From Verrucomicrobiota bacterium (GTDB lineage Bacteria; Verrucomicrobiota; Verrucomicrobiia; Limisphaerales; JAIPKD01): a stretch of DNA of 64,000 nt. Numbering within the stretch: the stretch's first letter is position 1; each line of letters starts with the position of its first letter. Where the stretch lies: contig JAIPKD010000004.1 in the NCBI GenBank assembly GCA_021733835.1, positions 1,771 to 65,770 of the forward strand, in the 5' to 3' direction. The position numbers and the translations under genes are program-made. Of the stretch, positions 1 through 11,161 are shown piece by piece. The notes beneath the pieces are model-generated. The model was given only the letters and a program-made list of their open reading frames with translations. It had not been told where the DNA came from and searched no databases.

Positions 1-575
1 CCATGCGCCGCTAAATGCACGTATATGGCCTGGTCGACCGGGCTCGAGAACACCTCGCGTTCGTAGGTGGTTTCTTCTACGGTATAAGTCACCTTCGCCA
101 ACGCCGAGTCCAAGTCCAGTTCACGACGGTAATCCTCGACTGTCCCGCCGTGATCAAACTCGAATTCGATATCACCAAGTGTCTGATAACTCCTTATCAA
201 CCGTGGGCCCATGAACTCACTCTGCATGATCCGTTGCGCCTCAAGGTACTTGCCCTCGAACAACAGCCCCCTCGCCTCGTCCAAATGCTCGTATGCGCCC
301 TCGCGATCCCTGTCCACGGGACTCCCCGCCCATAGCGTGTCCTCGTTCAACTGGATGCGTTCCTCCTCTACGCCGCCGAATACCATAGCGCCCAGACGCC
401 CATTGCCGATGGGCAGGGCCTGGACCCATTTCTCCGCGGGCTTCTCATACCATAACACCCACTCGGACGCGCGCATACACGGCGTAATCAATATAGCGCT
501 AAGTACGATAAGAATTGAAATACAAACTCGAAGAACCTTCGAACCGGCACAGCATGGATCAATTCTACTTTTCAT
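1..575 (-). CDS. GH95 alpha-L-fucosidase-like protein, N-terminal part (runs off window)
   Basis: Not in the ORF track. Manual translation from ATG at 575 gives a signal peptide, then LWYEKPAEKWVQALPIGNGRLGAMVFGGVEEERIQLNEDTLWAGSP, the GH95 N-terminal signature. Confidence 0.85.
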   Translation of the reverse strand, partial: MKSRIDPCCAGSKVLRVCISILIVLSAILITPCMRASEWVLWYEKPAEKWVQALPIGNGRLGAMVFGGVEEERIQLNEDTLWAGSPVDRDREGAYEHLDEARGLLFEGKYLEAQRIMQSEFMGPRLIRSYQTLGDIEFEFDHGGTVEDYRRELDLDSALAKVTYTVEETTYEREVFSSPVDQAIYVHLAAH

Positions 576-788
576 GATATATCAATAATTAATCTTTCGT
601 TCCCGTTTGTATCCATTCTATCGCCGTCGTAATCGATGTAAACTCCAATCAGCCTGATAACCGAGTCGTGCAAATGCAAACAACAATGCAGAACCGCCTG
701 GCCGGTCTCAGGCGTATCCCAAGCCCTGTTTTCAAAACCAATGTGAATCTGATTGAAAAATCGGAGGATTGAGTTCAAATTCTAGCTC

Positions 789-1346
789 ATGGAATCGAGA
801 ATCGAAGGGCCGGTTTTTGTCGTAGGAGATAACATCGATACGGATCAAATTATCCCTGCGCAATACTTGAATCTTGTACCGACTATCCGTGAGGAATACG
901 AACAGTTGGGCGGTTACGCACTGTGCGGCCTCCCCGATACGGCATATCCGATCAGATACGTCAACGAAGGCGAAGTGAACAGCGAGTATCCCATTGTCGT
1001 TGCAGGCCGGAATTTCGGCTGCGGCAGCTCGCGGGAGCATGCGCCCATTGCGCTCGGCGCGGCAGGGTGCAAGGCGGTTATCGCCCAAAGCTTTGCGAGG
1101 ATTTTCTTTCGGAACTCTATCGCAACAGGTGAGGTGTATCCATGCGAGTGCGATGAAAGGCTATGCGAGAAATTAAAAACCGGCGATGTAATAGCACTCG
1201 ACCTCGAGTCCGGCGAATTTATGATTAAATCCACCGGCGCGACATATCAATTGAAACCACTCGGAGAAGTTAAACCCGTAGTTGATGCAGGCGGATTATT
1301 CAATTACGCGCGTCAACAGGGCATGATTCCATCAGAACCACAATAA
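789..1346 (+). CDS. leuD: 3-isopropylmalate dehydratase small subunit
   Basis: [10 protein letters not shown] and [12 protein letters not shown] motifs; adjacent to ilvN. Confidence 0.92.
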   Translation: MESRIEGPVFVVGDNIDTDQIIPAQYLNLVPTIREEYEQLGGYALCGLPDTAYPIRYVNEGEVNSEYPIVVAGRNFGCGSSREHAPIALGAAGCKAVIAQSFARIFFRNSIATGEVYPCECDERLCEKLKTGDVIALDLESGEFMIKSTGATYQLKPLGEVKPVVDAGGLFNYARQQGMIPSEPQ

Positions 1347-1371
1347 TCCTTAAGAACAGTAACAGGCTACC

Positions 1372-1845
1372 ATGAGACATACCATCTCCGTTCTAGTCGA
1401 GAATAAGTTCGGCGTGTTGACCCGGATCGCGGGGTTATTCAGCGGCCGCGGGTTCAATATCGACACTCTCAATGTCGGGCCCACCCAAGATCAACATACG
1501 TCGCGTATGACTATCGTAACCCGCGGCGATGACGCCACGCTCGATCAAATAGTCAAACAACTGGAAAAACTCGTCGAAGTATTGCATGTCCACGACTTCA
1601 GAGAAGGCGAATATATCGATAGAGAACTCGTCCTCGTGAAAGTCTCCGTCAATCCCAAGACCAGGGCCGAGGTCATGCAGATCAACGACATCTTCCGCAC
1701 TAAAATTGTCGATGTCCAACCCAATAACCTCACCATCGAGGTCACCGGCGACGAGAGTAAGGTCGAAAAGTTTATCGAGCTGATGAAGCCGTTCGGGCTC
1801 CTTGCCCTCACGCGTACAGGTAAGGTCGCTCTACCGCGGAACTAG
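1372..1845 (+). CDS. ilvN: acetolactate synthase small subunit
   Basis: ACT domain MRHTISVLVENKFGVLTRIAGLFSGRGFNID; C-terminal RTGKVAL. Confidence 0.95.
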   Translation: MRHTISVLVENKFGVLTRIAGLFSGRGFNIDTLNVGPTQDQHTSRMTIVTRGDDATLDQIVKQLEKLVEVLHVHDFREGEYIDRELVLVKVSVNPKTRAEVMQINDIFRTKIVDVQPNNLTIEVTGDESKVEKFIELMKPFGLLALTRTGKVALPRN

Positions 1846-1890
1846 GGGTAAATTGCGCTAATCCGCATATATCGGGCATGATCAATCTTT

Positions 1891-2011
1891 GGAGCGCGAC
1901 TTTGCTGAAAGCCAGTCGCTGCACTCCCGAAAAGCCGTTGCCCCCGGTAATCGAATATAGCCATGGCATTCGCAGCCGCTGCGGCTGATCCTTCGGACAC
2001 AGCCGCGCTCC
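1891..2011. repeat. REP-like inverted doublet (REPIN-like), family A
   Basis: GGAGCGCGACTTTGCTGAAAGCCAGTCGC ... GCGGCTGATCCTTCGGACACAGCCGCGCTCC between convergent genes; related copies elsewhere in the window. Confidence 0.8.
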
Positions 2012-2028
2012 AAAATGAGAATTGCTGA

Positions 2029-4170
2029 TCACGCGTTCGTCGCTTTTTCCGCCTTAGCGTTGTTATGTAAGTACCCCCAGTGCTCGATTACCCGCCGAAC
2101 ATCGATAACATTAAGGGGCTTGGACAGGTAATCATCGAGCCCCGCCTTCAGATAACGCTCCCTGTCTCCGACAAGCGCGTTGCCGGTCATAGCCACAAGC
2201 ACCGGCTTCTCGTTGCTCCGCGCGGATTCGCGAATGCGCTTGGATGTCTCGATTCCTCCCATATCCGGCATCTGCATATCCAGGAAGACTAAGTCGTATG
2301 AGTTATGCATGAGAAATTTCAATGCCTCGGCGCCGCTGACGGCGACATCCGGCTGGTACCCGAGGCGTTTCAAGTAACCTTGGCATACCTTACGGTTGAT
2401 CTGATTATCGTCGACAAGGAGAATCCGCAACGGGACGCGTTTGCTCAGTTCCGGATCAAACGGCGATTCCTTTTTCCTCTCTCTGGTGATGTACGTAGCG
2501 CCTGTAACGGCGCTTCTGATTACCTCCAGGATTTCACCGTGGCATAATGGTTTCTTTAACCAGAACAAGGAAATGTCATCCGTCACTCCGGAATTACACT
2601 GCTTTAACGGTTGATAGGAAGTCACTATGATCGGCAACGGTCTTTTCCCTGCATTATTGAGGAGCCTTTCAATAAAGTCTCCGCGTATACCCGGCTCCGA
2701 ACTCCAAACGTCACCGGAAACCATCACCAAATCGCAATTCATTGTCCCCTCCCGGTTATCCAATGAATCAAGCCGCGGTGTATCCATCGCAAAGCCAAGC
2801 CCCCATCGCGCGAATAGATGGGTCAGAATCCGCCTGTTAACTTCATCGGTTTCTATCAATAACGCCTGCTTGCCGTCCAAATCGTCTTGTTTCTTGCGTG
2901 TTTGCGCTTCAGAGGCGCCGGACACAGCAAGCGCCCTGGCGGTAAAGTGAAAAGCCGCCCCCCTGCCGCTATCGCTGATAACCCAAATATTGCCGCCCAT
3001 TAAATCGACCAAGCGCTTACTTATCGCTAATCCTAAGCCGGTACCCGAATACGTTTTTGTATCCGTGCTGTCCACTTGCATGAATGAATCGAATATATGC
3101 TCCTGAAGATTCAACGGAATACCAGATCCTGTATCGCTGACAATGAAATGTAGTTTGAATTCATCCGCGCTACCGGTCTCCGATATTTCATTTGCGAGCT
3201 CTACATTAACCGTTATCCCGCCTGTTTCCGTGAATTTAATACCGTTACTGATCAGATTGACCAGTACCTGCCGGAGCCGTACGGGGTCTGCCTGTATCCA
3301 CGCCGGCACATCGTCATCCACAAAATAAGCGAGGTTCAATCCAATCTCTACCGCCTTCTGGACAAACAACTCAAGCGCTTCCTCTATGCATTTGAAAAGA
3401 CTGAAAGGGCGTTTCTGGATTTTGATCTTGCCTGACTCGATCTTGGATAAATCCAGAATATCATTTGTAAGCTCCAACAGCGCCTCCGCGCTAATATTAA
3501 TATTGTCAACGTACTCCCTTTGCGTATTGTCTAAATCCGTCTCACTCAGCAGCGTGGTCATTCCAAGCACGCCGTTCATCGGATTCCGGATTTCATGGCT
3601 CATGTTAGCCAGAAAAATCGACTTCGCCTGAGAGGCGCTCTCAAGCCTCTGGTTTAACGAGCACAATTCCGAATTGCTGTCGAGCAATTGTCTCTGACTC
3701 TCGCGTAGCGCGCGGTACGCTTCGTCACGCTGTAACTGGTTTATAAACGCCCGACTATGATACCGGATACGCGCAAGCAACTCTATCTTATCGGGAAGCT
3801 TAACAAGATAATCATTAGCGCCCAAACTGAATACACGACTCTTTATCTCAGGATTGTTGTCGGTGGAAAGAACAATTATGGGGATATCACGCGATTCCTG
3901 CATCTCCCTGAACCTCACAAGCAACTCGAATCCGTCTATCTCAGGCATGATCAGGTCAAGTAATATTACGGTGGGCTTGATCTTAACTACCGTATCAACC
4001 GCAGTACCGGGATTTTGACAAAAGTGAAAGTCTACATCCGCCTGTTCTTCCACACACTTGCGTACCGCTTCACCGACAAGGGGCTGATCATCGATTAAAC
4101 AAACCAATGTCATATATTCAGGAAGCAATGGGTGAGGCTCGATCCGCGCAAATTTATTCTCTTCTTTCAT
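2029..4170 (-). CDS. hybrid sensor histidine kinase/response regulator (WspR-like REC - HisKA - HATPase - degenerate REC - REC)
   Basis: H-box [17 protein letters not shown] boxes NGIKFT, DTGSGI, GTGLGL; N- and C-terminal REC domains. Start chosen at MKEENK. Confidence 0.9.
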   Translation of the reverse strand: MKEENKFARIEPHPLLPEYMTLVCLIDDQPLVGEAVRKCVEEQADVDFHFCQNPGTAVDTVVKIKPTVILLDLIMPEIDGFELLVRFREMQESRDIPIIVLSTDNNPEIKSRVFSLGANDYLVKLPDKIELLARIRYHSRAFINQLQRDEAYRALRESQRQLLDSNSELCSLNQRLESASQAKSIFLANMSHEIRNPMNGVLGMTTLLSETDLDNTQREYVDNINISAEALLELTNDILDLSKIESGKIKIQKRPFSLFKCIEEALELFVQKAVEIGLNLAYFVDDDVPAWIQADPVRLRQVLVNLISNGIKFTETGGITVNVELANEISETGSADEFKLHFIVSDTGSGIPLNLQEHIFDSFMQVDSTDTKTYSGTGLGLAISKRLVDLMGGNIWVISDSGRGAAFHFTARALAVSGASEAQTRKKQDDLDGKQALLIETDEVNRRILTHLFARWGLGFAMDTPRLDSLDNREGTMNCDLVMVSGDVWSSEPGIRGDFIERLLNNAGKRPLPIIVTSYQPLKQCNSGVTDDISLFWLKKPLCHGEILEVIRSAVTGATYITRERKKESPFDPELSKRVPLRILLVDDNQINRKVCQGYLKRLGYQPDVAVSGAEALKFLMHNSYDLVFLDMQMPDMGGIETSKRIRESARSNEKPVLVAMTGNALVGDRERYLKAGLDDYLSKPLNVIDVRRVIEHWGYLHNNAKAEKATNA

Positions 4171-4416
4171 AAATCCTTCGCTCGGGACTTCCGTACCCAG
4201 AGTACCACTACTGAGCAGGCATCCCCATTCCGCCGTCATTACACCCTCTCTCTTGAGGTTACAATTGTCCCCTCGAAAAAAACACAACAGCTTATATTTC
4301 CATTAGATTACCATAAACTTACTTAATACATAAATTACTATCAATAGAAAAAGAAGCGAAAAATGTACGTAATCCAACAAACTCCTTCAATTGGATTTAG
4401 CTACGAAAATCTCATA

Positions 4417-4452
4417 TTTCAAATCTGAAATCTCAAATCTCAAATCTCAAAT
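4417..4452. repeat. heptamer tandem repeat (AAATCTC)n
   Basis: aaatctgaaatctcaaatctcaaatctcaaat; similar degenerate run at about 6469-6508. Confidence 0.6.
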
Positions 4453-4469
4453 ATATAAGCCCGGGATAA

Positions 4470-5528
4470 TCATTTCAGATGCACCTCGTGCGCGCCTTTG
4501 GCAATCTCACCGATCACCCATGCCGAGTGCTTTCGTGCGCGGATAGACCTCATCAAGGCATCGGCTTGTCCCGTATCAACAATCAAGACCATGCCGATGC
4601 CCATATTAAATGTTTGATGCATCTCGGCATCTACAATCCTGCCTTCACGCTGTATGATATCGAAAATAGACGGGACTTCCCAAGACCCCTTGCGGATTAT
4701 TGCATCACAGTTCTTCGGCATTACACGCGGAAGGTTGTCAATGAATCCGCCACCCGTAATATGCGCCATCCCTTTTATCGCAATACCACTGCCATTGTTG
4801 TTGAACCTCTTCAGTAGCCCACCGGTCAATGGCCCGTATGACCGATGCACTTTAAGCAGCTCATCGCCGATAGAACAGTCCAGTCCTGCCACCCGGCTGC
4901 CGGGCTTAAGCTTCATCACATCAAATACCACGCGCCGCGCCAGCGAGTACCCGTTCGTATGCAACCCACTCGATCCAAGCCCTATCAGTATATCTCCCGG
5001 TTTTATCCTGCGCCCGTCCAGAATCCTCGACCTCTCGACTACACCGACAATGGTGCCGCTCACGTCGTATTCGCCGGCCGAGTAGAATCCCGGCATTTGT
5101 GCCGTTTCCCCGCCTATCAACGCGCAATGGTTCTCAGCACAAGCCTTGGCGAAGCCCTCGATAATCTTTGTAAACACCCCCTCCTCCAGCTTGCCCGCTC
5201 CTAAATAATCGAGAAAAAATAACGGCTCCGCGCCAATGACGATTATATCGTTCACGCAATGATTGACCAAGTCCTGGCCGATGGTGTCATGACGGTTTAC
5301 GGCAAATGCGACCTTGAGCTTAGTGCCGACACCGTCGACACTCGAGACCAAAACGGGTTTACGGTATTTCTTTGTGTCCAGCGCGAATAACCCGCCGAAT
5401 CCTCCGACTGTCCCTATTACACCCTTACGCTTGGTTCGTCCCAAGAGTGTGGGCAAGCCAAGTTTCAACCGATTCCCAAGGTCAATATCGACCCCGGCGC
5501 GCGCGTATTCTTTTCTTTTCTTCGGCAT
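4470..5528 (-). CDS. purM: phosphoribosylformylglycinamidine cyclo-ligase
   Basis: YARAGVDI, DGVGTKLK, GGETAQMPG, SSGLHTNGYSL, TFNMGIGM. Confidence 0.97.
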   Translation of the reverse strand: MPKKRKEYARAGVDIDLGNRLKLGLPTLLGRTKRKGVIGTVGGFGGLFALDTKKYRKPVLVSSVDGVGTKLKVAFAVNRHDTIGQDLVNHCVNDIIVIGAEPLFFLDYLGAGKLEEGVFTKIIEGFAKACAENHCALIGGETAQMPGFYSAGEYDVSGTIVGVVERSRILDGRRIKPGDILIGLGSSGLHTNGYSLARRVVFDVMKLKPGSRVAGLDCSIGDELLKVHRSYGPLTGGLLKRFNNNGSGIAIKGMAHITGGGFIDNLPRVMPKNCDAIIRKGSWEVPSIFDIIQREGRIVDAEMHQTFNMGIGMVLIVDTGQADALMRSIRARKHSAWVIGEIAKGAHEVHLK

Positions 5529-5619
5529 CTCGTGAAATACAAATTAACCAATCACAATAAAAACCAACCAATCTGCATCTTACGTACGATAGCTTCTATG
5601 ACAACACTAAGTTTTTCAT

Positions 5620-5655
5620 AAAAAAAACCCCGCAGTTCCAGACTGCGGGGTTTCT
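5620..5655 (-). terminator. intrinsic terminator downstream of hsp20
   Basis: AAAAAAACCCCGCAG-TTCCAGA-CTGCGGGGTTT hairpin with A-tract. Confidence 0.85.
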
Positions 5656-5673
5656 TCATTCAACCTATTAACC

Positions 5674-6150
5674 TCAGGTAACCTTTACATCGATGGCCTT
5701 CGGTTTTGCCTTTTCACTCTTGGCCACGTTAAGTGTCAATATACCGTTCTTGAACTCGGCATTGACGTTTGAACTATCCGCATCGTCCGGCAGACCAAAG
5801 GAACGACTGAACTTTCCGTAACCGCGTTCCACACGGTGATATTTCCGGCCCTTTTCTTCCTTCTCGAATTTCCGGTCACCGGTAATCGTAAGAACACCGT
5901 TTTCCACTGTCACGGACAAGTCTTCCTTCTTAACTTCCGGCAACTCTGCCTTGATGCAGTAAGTGTTTTCGTCTTCGGAGATATCCACAAGCGGCGCCCA
6001 TTCGGAGAAGGTCAATTTCTCTTCTCCACCTTCCTTTTTCATCGGCAACCGCCCGAAGGTATTATCGAATAACGACATCATCCGATTTTGGATGTCCTCC
6101 ATCTCACGAAGCGGATTCCATTTATTTTCTCTACGCGTTAGACTATTCAT
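5674..6150 (-). CDS. Hsp20/alpha-crystallin small heat shock protein
   Basis: WAPLVDISE, AELPEV, ERGYGKFSRSFGLP, FKNGILTL. Confidence 0.95.
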   Translation of the reverse strand: MNSLTRRENKWNPLREMEDIQNRMMSLFDNTFGRLPMKKEGGEEKLTFSEWAPLVDISEDENTYCIKAELPEVKKEDLSVTVENGVLTITGDRKFEKEEKGRKYHRVERGYGKFSRSFGLPDDADSSNVNAEFKNGILTLNVAKSEKAKPKAIDVKVT

Positions 6151-6297
6151 ATAGCTACTCCTTCCTACGGCGACAGAATTCCGCGTGATCCGGCTGATCG
6201 CCGTTTCAACCGGTCACTCCATTTCCATTTCTGTACCTTTAATTCAAAGAACCGTTTGATCGCGCCTTACCATCGGCAAGCCACGTTTATTATGTAA

Positions 6298-6312
6298 ACA
6301 TAAACCGTGCCA
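6298..6312 (-). promoter_or_regulatory. putative sigma54 -24/-12 promoter of hsp20
   Basis: Minus strand TGGCACGGTTTATGT: perfect -24, variant -12. Imperfect palindromes at 6377-6393 and 6412-6428 upstream. Confidence 0.55.
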
Positions 6313-6513
6313 GAAAACATTAATATACATAAGTACCTAATCATCAGTTATTTAAGGGATTCGAATATATACCTAATGTGACATTATGACACAGGTTTGC
6401 AGATGCTTCGGTGTGCCATATTGTCTCAGTTGGTCTGTTTGTCACAGGAGTATGGGGGAGGATGCAAAGATTTCAAATCTCAGATTGTTAGATATGAAAT
6501 CTCAAATCAAAAG

Positions 6514-6546
6514 AAAAACCGCTTATCCTCGGCGGACAAGCGGTTC
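6514..6546 (-). terminator. intrinsic terminator downstream of pnp
   Basis: AAAAACCGCTTATCC-TCGGC-GGACAAGCGGTT hairpin. Confidence 0.7.
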
Positions 6547-6583
6547 GGTGGTTAGTTAATTTCTATTCTTTCGAGCAACTGGA

Positions 6584-8728
6584 TTAGTCCGCATCTTTTT
6601 CGGCATTCAGCATCTTATCGCGCTCGGCCATAGCGGCTTTTCTGGAAAGGCGCACGCGGCCTTTATCGTCGACGCCGATACACTTGACCCAGATTTCGTC
6701 GCCATGTTTCACGATATCGTCGGTTTGTTTAACGCGGAAATTGGCGAGTTCGCTAATGTGACAGAGGCCGTCTTTGCCCGGCAGGACTTCGACAAAACAG
6801 CCGAAGTCTTTAATTGAGACCACTTTACCTCGATAGACCTTACCGACCTCGATTTCGGCGGCGACGGCTTCAATTTCATGGCGTGCTCTACCCATGCCTT
6901 CTTCGTTGACTGAATAGATATTAACGGTTCCGTCGTCTTCGATATTTATCTCGCAACCGGTTTCCTCGACGATACGCTTAATATTCTTACCGCCCGGGCC
7001 GATAAGCATACCAATTTTTTCGGGGTCTATCTTGACCGTAAATATCCTCGGCGCGTACTTATTGAGTTCCGCGCGTGGCTCGGCGAGGGTCTGATTCATA
7101 TTCTTGAGGATCAGCATCCTGCCTTGATGCGCCTTTTCGATTGCCTCGGTCATTATCGAAAGCGGCAGGCCGTCAAGTTTGAGGTCGAGCTGGAATCCTG
7201 TAATCCCGCGCTCAGTACCGGCGATCTTGCAATCCATATCGCAGAAGGCGTCTTCCCATCCGATGATATCGCTGAGCAATTTATAATTCGAAATACGTCC
7301 CTCCTGGTCTTGTTCGGTACATAGTCCGATACTGATGCCGGCGACTGGCCGGATCAGCGGCACGCCTGCGTCCATAAGCGCCAGGCTGCCGCTACAAACG
7401 GAGGCCATCGAGCTGGAGCCGTTTGATTCAAGGATTTCGCAAGTTATGCGGATGGCATAAGGAAAATCCTCCAGCGGCAGCATCGGTTCGATCGATCTTT
7501 CCGCCAATGCGCCGTGACCTATCTCTCTACGCCCCGGGGGGCCTATCCTACCGGTTTCGCCGACCGAGAAGTTCGGGAAGTTATAATGTAGAATAAACTG
7601 TTTTTCGGTGACACCGCCCGTATAAGCGTCAAACTCCTGGGCGTCTTCAGTCGTCCCAAGCGTGGTCATGGCCGCGGCCTGCGTTTCACCGCGGGTGAAC
7701 AGCGACGAACCGTGTGTCCTTGGAAACAATCCTACTTCTGAATAGAGGGGACGAATATCATCGAAGCCGCGTCCATCCAGACGCTTGGATTCCGTCAGTA
7801 TGCCACTACGAATCTTTTCCTTTTGAATCTTGCCGAACACCTCTGACACGACCTGATCGGTTGCAACGGTCTCGCCGAATTTTTCGACCAATTTCGGCGC
7901 CGTTTCTTCGAATAATTCCGAGCACGCCTTTTCGCGATCCTTTTTACCGTGGATAGCCAGGGCGCTGGAAAGTCTCTCATCCAACAGCGTCTTGGCCTCT
8001 TGCACCAGTTCTTCGGGGATGGAGGTTTGCGGCGCCGGGAGTTTCGGTTTACCGACCTTGTCCGCGAGTTCCTTTTGGATGGCTATCACCGGCTGGCAAT
8101 ATCCATGCGCGAGTTTGAGTGCGGTGTTGAAGTCTTCATCGGAAATCTCGCTAGCCGAGCCCTCGAACATGAGCATATCGTTTTCGGTACCGACATATAT
8201 CATGTCCAGATCACTCTTGGCGCGCTCTTCGTGGGTGGGATTAACAACGAACTTTCCTTCGACCCTGCCGAGTCTGACAACGCCTATTGGGCCGTTCCAT
8301 GGTACATTACTGACCATCAACGCCGCCGAGGCGCCGACCATACTCAATACATCCGGGTCATTGGCGCCGTCGGCGCTCAGAACTATGCTCTGCACCTGCA
8401 CTTCGTTGATCCAGCCCTTGGGGAACAAGGGTCTCAACGGACGATCGGTCATTCTGCAGGTAAGAATCTCTTTCTCGGTGGGGCGCCCCTCTCTTTTGAA
8501 GTATCCGCCCGGGAATCTGCCTGCCGCGGCGGCCTTCTCCCGGTAATCGACCATCAATGGAAAGAAGTCCAAGCCGGGTCTCGGTTTTTCTGCGGCAATT
8601 ACCGCCACCAATACGACGGTTTCACCGAGCCGTACGAGTACCGATCCATTTGCTTGTTTAGCTAACTTCCCTGTTTCTATCTGTAAAAATTCAGCGCCTA
8701 TTTGCGCCTTTACTGTTGTAGGTGTCAT
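6584..8728 (-). CDS. pnp: polyribonucleotide nucleotidyltransferase
   Basis: Two RNase PH domains (RREIGHGALAER, SNGSSSMASVC), KH and S1; follows rpsO. Confidence 0.98.
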   Translation of the reverse strand: MTPTTVKAQIGAEFLQIETGKLAKQANGSVLVRLGETVVLVAVIAAEKPRPGLDFFPLMVDYREKAAAAGRFPGGYFKREGRPTEKEILTCRMTDRPLRPLFPKGWINEVQVQSIVLSADGANDPDVLSMVGASAALMVSNVPWNGPIGVVRLGRVEGKFVVNPTHEERAKSDLDMIYVGTENDMLMFEGSASEISDEDFNTALKLAHGYCQPVIAIQKELADKVGKPKLPAPQTSIPEELVQEAKTLLDERLSSALAIHGKKDREKACSELFEETAPKLVEKFGETVATDQVVSEVFGKIQKEKIRSGILTESKRLDGRGFDDIRPLYSEVGLFPRTHGSSLFTRGETQAAAMTTLGTTEDAQEFDAYTGGVTEKQFILHYNFPNFSVGETGRIGPPGRREIGHGALAERSIEPMLPLEDFPYAIRITCEILESNGSSSMASVCSGSLALMDAGVPLIRPVAGISIGLCTEQDQEGRISNYKLLSDIIGWEDAFCDMDCKIAGTERGITGFQLDLKLDGLPLSIMTEAIEKAHQGRMLILKNMNQTLAEPRAELNKYAPRIFTVKIDPEKIGMLIGPGGKNIKRIVEETGCEINIEDDGTVNIYSVNEEGMGRARHEIEAVAAEIEVGKVYRGKVVSIKDFGCFVEVLPGKDGLCHISELANFRVKQTDDIVKHGDEIWVKCIGVDDKGRVRLSRKAAMAERDKMLNAEKDAD

Positions 8729-8961
8729 GTTTTTCTCCTTTTGGCCCTGGGCACCGGAGAAACTTCATTCAATCCATCCTGCGAGGGAAACACTGAGTGA
8801 AATTGCCCCGTGCCCACGAGCCGATTCAATTTTCCGCTTGTTTCAATCGAGCTGAGTCTGCTCTTTATAAAACTACAACACACCTTTCCCGGTCGGATTC
8901 CCTTGTTTATCCTGATGCCGGTAAATCGGTGGCTGTAAATTCCGTTGGCCATCACGGCCGT

Positions 8962-9225
8962 TTACTTCCGCAAATTCAGTCGTTTAGTGACTGCTCTATA
9001 ACGATTTATATCGGTTTCATGAAGATAATCGAGCAATCTACGTCTCTTGCTCACCATGATAATCAAACCGCGACGCGAACTGTGGTCTTTTTTGTTATTC
9101 TGTAAATGTTCCGTAAGGCGATTAATCCTCTCGGTAAGTAAAGCTATCTGCACATCCGCTGAGCCGGTGTCATGCTCGTGAATCCTGAATTCTTCAATCT
9201 TCTTTGTTTTTTCCTGTGTTTCCAT
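8962..9225 (-). CDS. rpsO: 30S ribosomal protein S15
   Basis: [25 protein letters not shown]. Confidence 0.98.
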   Translation of the reverse strand: METQEKTKKIEEFRIHEHDTGSADVQIALLTERINRLTEHLQNNKKDHSSRRGLIIMVSKRRRLLDYLHETDINRYRAVTKRLNLRK

Positions 9226-9407
9226 AAACCCTAAATTAACTTCTTAATCCTATCCGGGAATCTAAGAATTAACAGATTCTATGTAAAGGATAATCAATCA
9301 AATATCCAAAAAAATAGTCTTCGGCGGCTGGTATATGAACAAGGCCTACCCCGCCACTACTCATCGAATATACCTCTATTCCGCCCAAAATAAACACCTT
9401 TTTCGGA

Positions 9408-10283
9408 TTATTTATGATCCGGCCAGCTGAGACCGCTGACAATCTCCTTAGCCAACGAAGCCTGGTTCAGCGGCATGACGTGCACGCCGTCGACACCATG
9501 GTCCAACAAACCCTGTATTTGGTTTATTGCATATTCGATACCGGCCTTCTTCATATCCTCGGGGGAATCGGCGTACTTATCGACCATGATAAGCATCTCC
9601 GGCGGCATGGAAGCGCCGCAGAGCGATACAATTCTCTTTATCTGTTTCGCGTTATAAACAGGCATGATCCCCGGCACGATCGGGCAGTTCACGCCCATCC
9701 CCCGCACTATTTCGAGAAAATGGAAAAATATCCGGTTATCAAAGAACAACTGGGTCACCAGCAGGTCCACACCCTGGTCGACCTTATGTTTCAAGTGTTC
9801 CCAGTCCGACAATATCCTTGGGCAATCCTTGTGTCCTTCGGGATACGCCGCGGCTGCGATACTAAAGTCACGCTTCCTCTTTATATATGAAATAAGCTCG
9901 CTGGCATACTTGAAGTCATCCTTCGACCGGTCAAAATCGGGTTGATCCCGCGGCGGATCTCCGCTCAACGCCAATATATTTTCTATCCCCGACTTTTCGA
10001 GGTCTTCAAGGACTTCATCAACGGCATTGGTCTTCTGCCCCACACAGGTCAAGTGCGCCATCGGCTCGACGTCGTAATGATTCTTCAAAGTCGAAGCTAT
10101 TTCGACCGTGCGCCCTTTCTGCGAGCCGCCTGCACCGTAGGTGACGCTGATGAACGAGGGCTCGAGCTCCTTCAATCCGGAAATTGCCTTAAATACTCCG
10201 TCCAACGGTGTGTCTTGTTTGGGAGGAAATACCTCCAAAGACAACACCGGCCTCTCACCCTTGAATATCTCTTTTAGCTTCAT
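9408..10283 (-). CDS. metF: methylenetetrahydrofolate reductase
   Basis: SLEVFPPK, SVTYGAGG, AHLTCV, YPEGH, TQLFFD. Confidence 0.93.
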   Translation of the reverse strand: MKLKEIFKGERPVLSLEVFPPKQDTPLDGVFKAISGLKELEPSFISVTYGAGGSQKGRTVEIASTLKNHYDVEPMAHLTCVGQKTNAVDEVLEDLEKSGIENILALSGDPPRDQPDFDRSKDDFKYASELISYIKRKRDFSIAAAAYPEGHKDCPRILSDWEHLKHKVDQGVDLLVTQLFFDNRIFFHFLEIVRGMGVNCPIVPGIMPVYNAKQIKRIVSLCGASMPPEMLIMVDKYADSPEDMKKAGIEYAINQIQGLLDHGVDGVHVMPLNQASLAKEIVSGLSWPDHK

Positions 10284-10285
10284 CT

Positions 10286-11092
10286 TTATGCAATACTGTT
10301 TGGTTCAACACTAAAATTCAACGTTTCAGACACCGAAACCTGCGTTGAAACATCGAGCTTCACATGCTCGGCGCCCATCCGGCGGAGCTGCTCTCCAACC
10401 GTTTCCAATGCCAGCTCGGGCCTGTTACAATCCTTACTCAAGTGCCCGAGAAATACCTGTCTCAATTCATCTGACATCACCTGTTCGAGGATACCAGCCG
10501 CAGCGTCATTGGAAAGATGTCCGTGCCTGCTCATTATCCGCTGTTTCAAGCTCCATGGACGCCGGAGATCACGCTGGAGCATTCCCGTATCGTGATTAGT
10601 CTCGACAATCAGCACATTCGCCGCACGCAATCGCTCGAGCACAAGCCGCGTGGCGCATCCCAAATCCGTTATGTACCCCAAATTACCATCGGGCGTATAC
10701 ACGATGAATCCAACCGGATCAGACGCGTCGTGCGGCACTGAAAACGACTGGATAGTCACATCACCGACATCAAACGCACCGCCGGTCTCGAACACCCTGT
10801 AATTCAACGGCTTTCGCGTTTGGTAATCCAATGCCTCTTTGGTAAACCGATTGCAGTACACCGGCGTCTCCGTTTTCGAAGTCAGCACCCGTATCCCGCC
10901 TGCGTGATCTGAGTGCTCATGCGTAACTACAATAGCGTCCAGACCGTCGGGATCACGACCGATACTTGCCATACGTTGGCGTATCTGGCGCGCAGAAAAA
11001 CCGGCGTCGATAAGAAGCCGCGCCTTCCCCGTCTCCAAATACAAGCAATTACCGGACGAACCGGTCCCCAATATTGTCATTTGCACCGACAC
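10286..11092 (-). CDS. MBL-fold metallo-hydrolase (YycJ/WalJ-like)
   Basis: LGTGSSGN, THEHSDH, PHDA, GHLSN; GTG start inferred. Confidence 0.88.
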   Translation of the reverse strand: MSVQMTILGTGSSGNCLYLETGKARLLIDAGFSARQIRQRMASIGRDPDGLDAIVVTHEHSDHAGGIRVLTSKTETPVYCNRFTKEALDYQTRKPLNYRVFETGGAFDVGDVTIQSFSVPHDASDPVGFIVYTPDGNLGYITDLGCATRLVLERLRAANVLIVETNHDTGMLQRDLRRPWSLKQRIMSRHGHLSNDAAAGILEQVMSDELRQVFLGHLSKDCNRPELALETVGEQLRRMGAEHVKLDVSTQVSVSETLNFSVEPNSIA

Positions 11093-11161
11093 AACGCCTG
11101 ACAGGTTATTCGAATTGGCATCTATCAACAACCATTTTTCTGGAGTTACCAAAGCAAACAA

